From assembly GCA_964347825.1 (NCBI GenBank), contig CAYFZQ010000003.1, positions 1 through 50,284 on the forward strand: DNA of 50,284 nucleotides, in the 5' to 3' direction. This document shows positions 46,152 through 50,284 of the stretch, piece after piece (the first letter of the stretch is position 1; every line of letters starts with the position of its first letter). A program made the position numbers and the translations under genes. Origin of the DNA: an uncultured Candidatus Bathyarchaeia archaeon. Lineage in GTDB: Archaea; Thermoproteota; Bathyarchaeia; Bathyarchaeales; Bathyarchaeaceae. The notes beneath the pieces were generated by a model. The model searched no databases. It saw only the letters and a list, made by a program, of their open reading frames with translations, and was not told the origin of the DNA.

Positions 46152-46466
46152 CTAGAGGCGTTCGAGTTTGAATACGACCGGCCTGAGCCCGTCAGTGCAA
46201 CAACGCACAATAGATGTCTCTTTCTCTGTTGCTCCTGAGAAGTTGCCACCGTACTTCAGTGTGGTTACCACTTTGTACAGGTCGTTCCAAGCCCAATGGC
46301 AGAAACCGTCTGGCATTTCCCCGTCTTCCCCGACGACATACTCCTGCCCCACCTCAAATTGACTGCACGCCGCTGAACTCTCGCCCGTTGGAGGGTTGCC
46401 GCCGAATATCTCCTGTGTGCTCAGCTTTTTCAGAATCGTTATCTTGACGCGGCCGCGTTCGACCAT
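46152..46466 (-). CDS. TIGR04076-family small protein
   Basis: VKITILKK...MPDGFCHWAWNDLYKVVTTLKYGGNF...CCTDGLRPVVFKLERL matches my recollection of this family (PEGFC.WAW..., CCTDG.RPV.F...R). Confidence 0.6.
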   Translation of the reverse strand: MVERGRVKITILKKLSTQEIFGGNPPTGESSAACSQFEVGQEYVVGEDGEMPDGFCHWAWNDLYKVVTTLKYGGNFSGATEKETSIVRCCTDGLRPVVFKLERL

Positions 46467-46761
46467 GGGATCACCGGCTTCTTGTGGTTCGACTCTCTAA
46501 TTACTCTTGCCAAAGAGAAGGGCACGGTTTGTGGCCCATTTCTTCTTGATGTTAAGCTCTTTCGCGAGGAGCGTGTGCATGCATGTCAAACTTCCATCTT
46601 TTCCAATTTGACCAACCTAGCTGGCCCTGCTAGATGTTTCTCCCGTGGGGTTGCTCGGACCCCCGTGGCATGATGTGCGGACAGCTACATGATGCCCTCT
46701 GGGGGAAAAGCCGAGGCAGCGGCATAGAAAGTCTCATATTCAATGCCTTTGAGTTTATGAT

Positions 46762-47403
46762 GTGAACTCGATGTCGCAGCTCGAAACAGATCTCGAAGCT
46801 TTATGCAATCTAGCAAAGGAACGCCAAGCAACAAACGCAGTGTCCTTTGATGCTGAAGGAGTCGTTGTTGATGAAAGGGTCAGACTGAAGTGTCTTGTAC
46901 CAGTGTGCGATGACTATGGCTTGAACTTGATGTGCCCTCCTAACGTGATGGGTGTTCAGGAATTCAGAGAGGTGTTAACCAAGTACAGTTGGGCGATACT
47001 CATCCAGATTGAAAGGATGATACCAACTTATATGAAAAAGGAAATACAGCAGGCGAAAGACGTTGCAGCCCTCTACAAGAGCACCAAGTTCTTGGACAGC
47101 TACAGAAAGTCATTTGATCCAATCAAATCGAAACTGCATCGTATAGTCCACGAGGTAGAGGCGCAGGCATTCGGACTAGGATATCGGTTTGCAGCCGGAT
47201 TCATAGGTGGATCATGCAAGTTGTGCCCTGCGTGTGTGGCCATCAGCAACTCACAGGAACCTTGCAGACATCCTTTCCGAGCTCGACCATCCATGGAAGC
47301 GGTAGGAATCGATGTGTTTAAAACAGCCGAAAACGCAGGCTTGCCCTTCACCATTCCCCCAAAGAACAAAACAGTATGGAATGGACTTGTTCTAATCACT
47401 TAG
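46762..47403 (+). CDS. DUF2284-like predicted metal-binding protein
   Basis: Cys clusters are KCLVPVCDDYGLNLMCPPN and GSCKLCPAC...CRHP. 213 aa. Confidence 0.55.
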   Translation: MNSMSQLETDLEALCNLAKERQATNAVSFDAEGVVVDERVRLKCLVPVCDDYGLNLMCPPNVMGVQEFREVLTKYSWAILIQIERMIPTYMKKEIQQAKDVAALYKSTKFLDSYRKSFDPIKSKLHRIVHEVEAQAFGLGYRFAAGFIGGSCKLCPACVAISNSQEPCRHPFRARPSMEAVGIDVFKTAENAGLPFTIPPKNKTVWNGLVLIT

Positions 47404-47545
47404 TCACTCACGCGCCCGCAGATACGTATACGCCAAAAACGACTATCATGAGTGCCCAGAAGAGCGGGTCTGTCACTTCTCTCCATCCATGCACATAAGA
47501 GTTATCTACCTTTGTTGGCTGCTTATCGAGAACGTTGTATAGACG

Positions 47546-48124
47546 ATGATTGTGAATAAACCCAAGACTAAACTCACCCATCCACCCTTGATTCTGCCAG
47601 TTTGTCTTGTAGGCGCCAACGTGCAAGGAAAACCTAACTTCGAGGCAATCGCATGGCTTAGCATGGCGGACTACAATCCACATCTCCTTAGCATATCGTC
47701 CGAAAAGCGTCACCACACGAACAAGGGGATACGGGAACACAAGGAATTCAGTGTAAACATACCGTCAGCCGACATGGTTGCGGTGACAGACTACTGCGGC
47801 ACACATTCAGGCGAGAAAGTTGACAAGTCCAAGGTTTTCAGTGTCTTCTTCGGGAAGCTCAAGAATGCGCCTATGATAAGTGAATGCCCCATCAACGTCG
47901 AATGCAGACTTGTGAGAACAGTCGAGCTGCTGCATGGCGAAGTGTTCATCGGAGAGATCGTTGGAGTATACATGGAAGGCAAGTATCTGACCGACACTAA
48001 GCCGGACATGAGAAAAATCAACCCCCTCATATTCGAGGACGGTCTCGGCAACTATTGGAAACTCGGAGAACACATTGGAAGAATCGGCAACATGGAAAAG
48101 AACCACAAACCACACCCTGAATGA
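47546..48124 (+). CDS. Flavin reductase-like (FMN-binding split-barrel) domain protein
   Basis: PVCLVGANVQGKPNFEAIAW...SVNIPS...DYCGTHSGEKVDKSKVF...PINVECRLV is the COG1853-type pattern. An in-frame stop lies immediately upstream of the ATG. Confidence 0.7.
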   Translation: MIVNKPKTKLTHPPLILPVCLVGANVQGKPNFEAIAWLSMADYNPHLLSISSEKRHHTNKGIREHKEFSVNIPSADMVAVTDYCGTHSGEKVDKSKVFSVFFGKLKNAPMISECPINVECRLVRTVELLHGEVFIGEIVGVYMEGKYLTDTKPDMRKINPLIFEDGLGNYWKLGEHIGRIGNMEKNHKPHPE

Positions 48125-48386
48125 AGGCAATTGCATGCATGCGGTTCACCAGCATTTCTCTTGCGATCAACTACCCGTTCATTAAATCACGAAGAAAGAA
48201 AAGATTGCGGAGAGAGCTTGGAAGAGTGTCGAGGGGAAATGGCTCTCTCCGAGTAGAGGGCTTCTCCTCTCTCTCACGTGTATGCAGTGAACAAAGAGAA
48301 CAAGGACGAGACCAAGGACGCCAATGGCTATGAATCCTCTTCTTTTTCCAGGGGTTTGCCACGAGTCATAAGTGAGAATTCTATTC

Positions 48387-48911
48387 TCAAGCCTGCGATA
48401 GCACCTCTCGGGCAAACTCCTTGGCCTTCTGCAGATCTTCGGAGCTGGGATGTTTTCTGACCTCCTCGAAATATTCCTCATATCTATCAGCAGAGGCGAT
48501 GGCCTCGCGCTTTATGAATTCTTGGACGGGAGGAGAGGGCACACCTTGGCAATTGTAATAGCCCCTAAAGTCAATGTTCTTTTCTCTGCTTGTGTTCTGG
48601 AAAGATGAATGGCATTTGGATGCCCATCTATAGAACCCGGCTGGGGAGGTTGCATGAGTGAAGAACCCGGCGAGCGCGAACTTGGGTGAGTGGGGGATCG
48701 CTTCTAAGATTCGTTTGACTGGGGGCGCCAAGTCCGTCGAATGGCAAGCTGAACCCAGAAAAACCACGTCGTAATCATTCAGATCGTCCACGGCGATCTC
48801 ACCGACTCGCTTCAAATCGGCCTCATGCTTAGTTGAAACTTCTTCACAGATTGCTCTAGCAACCTGCTCGGTGTTGCCAGTTTCGCTATAGTAAGCGACC
48901 AAAACTCGCAT
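48387..48911 (-). CDS. Flavodoxin-family protein
   Basis: MRVLVAYYSETGNTEQVARAI is the FMN phosphate-binding loop. DVVFLGSACH is also present. 174 aa. Confidence 0.75.
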   Translation of the reverse strand: MRVLVAYYSETGNTEQVARAICEEVSTKHEADLKRVGEIAVDDLNDYDVVFLGSACHSTDLAPPVKRILEAIPHSPKFALAGFFTHATSPAGFYRWASKCHSSFQNTSREKNIDFRGYYNCQGVPSPPVQEFIKREAIASADRYEEYFEEVRKHPSSEDLQKAKEFAREVLSQA

Positions 48912-49294
48912 CTACGCAACTCCTGATTCTAGCCCTACCGACTGCACCAACGCCTTGACTTGACAAGCAACACACTTAAGACTTCCTGATCCGCCTCTTG
49001 CATGGGTACTCTGTTCTAGGGGTGTTAGATGTCCTCCTCGGTTTTCTTCTCCTACAATACTGGAAATGTTAGACACCCTTGAAGTGCGATCACATCGTTC
49101 CAATCAAGTCTAAGCTCGGTTGCTTTGTTGGAGGCAATGCTGAAAGCTCGAAGCAAGAGACCTGACTGATGGTCCCACATGCATGCAAAGCAGATCTTGG
49201 GTGCAGCCGCTTCTGCTCGGAACCTCAACTTCGGAGGTTCTAAGCTGCATTCACGCGAGAAAAGGATGAAAGGTGGTTCGGATTGGCGAATCGT

Positions 49295-50284
49295 TTAGGG
49301 ATATTCCCGTTGCTTGCCCCAGTTCCTGCCGAGTTCGGCGATGTCGCGGATGTCGACGCGGTCGTCGTTGTTGTGGTAGGTGGGCTCAGGCGCGATGTCG
49401 GCCTGCGCGTTGTAGCCGGGTGATCCGGAGGTTTTGCCGTAGGCTTTGCCAGCGGTGCTCATGTCGTAGATGTTGATGAGACCGTCTTCCTCGTTGGGTG
49501 TGAGACTGCTCACGTCGCCGATCCAGTGGAACTGCTCCGTCAGCTCGGTCACCATGCCTTCGACGGTCTGCCAGTAGTGCGCGGTCGGGTGCGGCGCGAC
49601 CCCAGGCCTAAAGGCGACAATCTCACAATAGCCACCCGGCACCATGGTCGATTCGATGAAGACGTAGGGTCCCGTGCCGACGAGACACTTCATCCCTGCG
49701 GCAGCCAGTGTAGAGTCGGGGTGTGGGGTCGCTTCGGGTCGGAAGCACTCATCTTCCCCGTCGTAGATGTGCGAGGGGAACAAGGGTGCCCAGCCTGCAC
49801 AGTCGTAGAGGGTGAACATGCTCGTCTTGTTTTGGTAGACGCTCACGCAGTAGTCATTCCAGACTTCGCTGTTGGAGTACTTCGCCCAGAATGCGCCAGC
49901 GTGCCCGACACCAGGCATTGGAGGCACCAGTCCAGAGATGTAGTCCCACGAGAACTTGACTTCGTCCGCGGTCACGTGGACGCCGTCATGCCAGTCGACG
50001 TCATCGCGCAGCCAGAAGGTGATGTTGATGCCGGTGGTGTACGCGTCAGGGGTCCATTCTTCCACGGTCCAATCCGTGGCAAGCAAGGGGATGTCGTCGT
50101 GCGTCCACGGATCGATGCCGATCAGGCCCTCCACAATCAGGTCCATGATCAGCCACTCGTCCGGGGTGCTCGCGAACGCGGGGTGGTAGTTGATCGCCGC
50201 CGATGAGAGGACCATCCTGATCATGCCGCCGATGCCGTAGGGGTTGCCGGTGCCAACGTTGCTTGCCCAGTACCAGTTCGTCTT
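49295..50284 (-). CDS. Family-5 (peptide/oligosaccharide-type) ABC solute-binding protein, C-terminal part, ending in a dockerin-like double Ca-loop module; the 5' end lies beyond the window
   Basis: The frame is open to the right edge (KTNWYWASNVGTGNPYGIGG precedes the track's Met). LIVEGLIGIDPWTHDDIPLLATDWTVEEW...ITFWLRDDVDWHDGVHVTADEVKFSWDYI fits the SBP_bac_5 core. The tail EEDGLINIYDMSTAGKAYGK ... NNDDRVDIRDIAELGRNWGK resembles two dockerin EF-hand-like segments. Confidence 0.6.
   Translation of the reverse strand, partial: KTNWYWASNVGTGNPYGIGGMIRMVLSSAAINYHPAFASTPDEWLIMDLIVEGLIGIDPWTHDDIPLLATDWTVEEWTPDAYTTGINITFWLRDDVDWHDGVHVTADEVKFSWDYISGLVPPMPGVGHAGAFWAKYSNSEVWNDYCVSVYQNKTSMFTLYDCAGWAPLFPSHIYDGEDECFRPEATPHPDSTLAAAGMKCLVGTGPYVFIESTMVPGGYCEIVAFRPGVAPHPTAHYWQTVEGMVTELTEQFHWIGDVSSLTPNEEDGLINIYDMSTAGKAYGKTSGSPGYNAQADIAPEPTYHNNDDRVDIRDIAELGRNWGKQREYP

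Noticed and set aside
47408-47740. 110-aa minus-strand ORF
   Set aside because: Most of it is antisense to the flavin reductase-like gene. Only its last roughly 45 codons fall in the spacer, with no start codon there.
48912-49103. 63-aa minus-strand ORF abutting the flavodoxin start
   Set aside because: It has no recognisable motif, a Gly/Ser/Arg-rich composition and no ribosome-binding or promoter signal that I could see. It was left uncalled.
49273-50206. Plus-strand Arg/Cys-rich ORFs (67, 226 and 77 aa)
   Set aside because: These are typical antisense shadows of a GC-rich gene. The minus-strand SBP frame has the recognisable motifs.
1-50284. Search for CRISPR arrays, rRNA genes, IS elements, integrases, or direct repeats of the tRNA-Ala 3' end that would mark an integrated element
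   Set aside because: None were found by eye. The accessory-looking right third has no integrase or att-like duplication, so I do not call a mobile element.

Overview
Archaeal chromosomal window. Archaeal markers are ribosomal proteins S10 and L37e, an LSm protein, proteasome beta subunit, aCPSF1, glycerol-1-phosphate dehydrogenase, archaeal-type SAM synthetase, SepF, NucS and an intron-containing tRNA. No rRNA, CRISPR array, transposase or integrase was seen. From 1 to 19 kb the content is housekeeping: nucS, tRNA-Ser, ADP-forming acetyl-CoA synthetase alpha, an MTA/SAH-type deaminase, an AN1-finger/M50 protease fusion, rps10, rpl37e-LSm, a PUA protein, a HAD hydrolase, sepF, aCPSF1-psmB, egsA, an FKBP, an acidic coiled-coil protein, two small PC4-like ORFs, an M29 aminopeptidase, and the SAM synthetase with a divergent HTH-CBS regulator. 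From 19 to 34.5 kb lies a two-armed, convergent de novo purine cluster. The plus arm is purF-purD followed by a HAD-like protein, an Ftr-type formyltransferase and a PfkB kinase. The minus arm is glnA, purE, purC, purP, purM, a small membrane protein, purS, purL and purQ. No purN, purT, purH or purB lies in the window. From 34.5 to 50.3 kb the region looks accessory. It holds tRNA-Ala, a CBS protein, a 630-bp ORF-free stretch, a lone PIN-like DUF5615 gene and an RHH/zinc-ribbon regulator preceded by three tandem palindromes. It also holds a 1383-aa surface protein with six tandem repeats paired divergently with a PDZ-containing site-2 protease, a second anchored surface protein, a small redox cluster, and a visibly GC-richer dockerin-tailed solute-binding protein running off the right edge. 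The strongest candidate for something undescribed is the Ftr/HAD-like/kinase module fused into the purF-purD operon. Other candidates are the HTH-CBS regulator beside the SAM synthetase, the RHH operator array, and two ORFs whose coding sequence extends upstream of any canonical start codon. All functional calls come from reading motifs by eye; no database search was possible.
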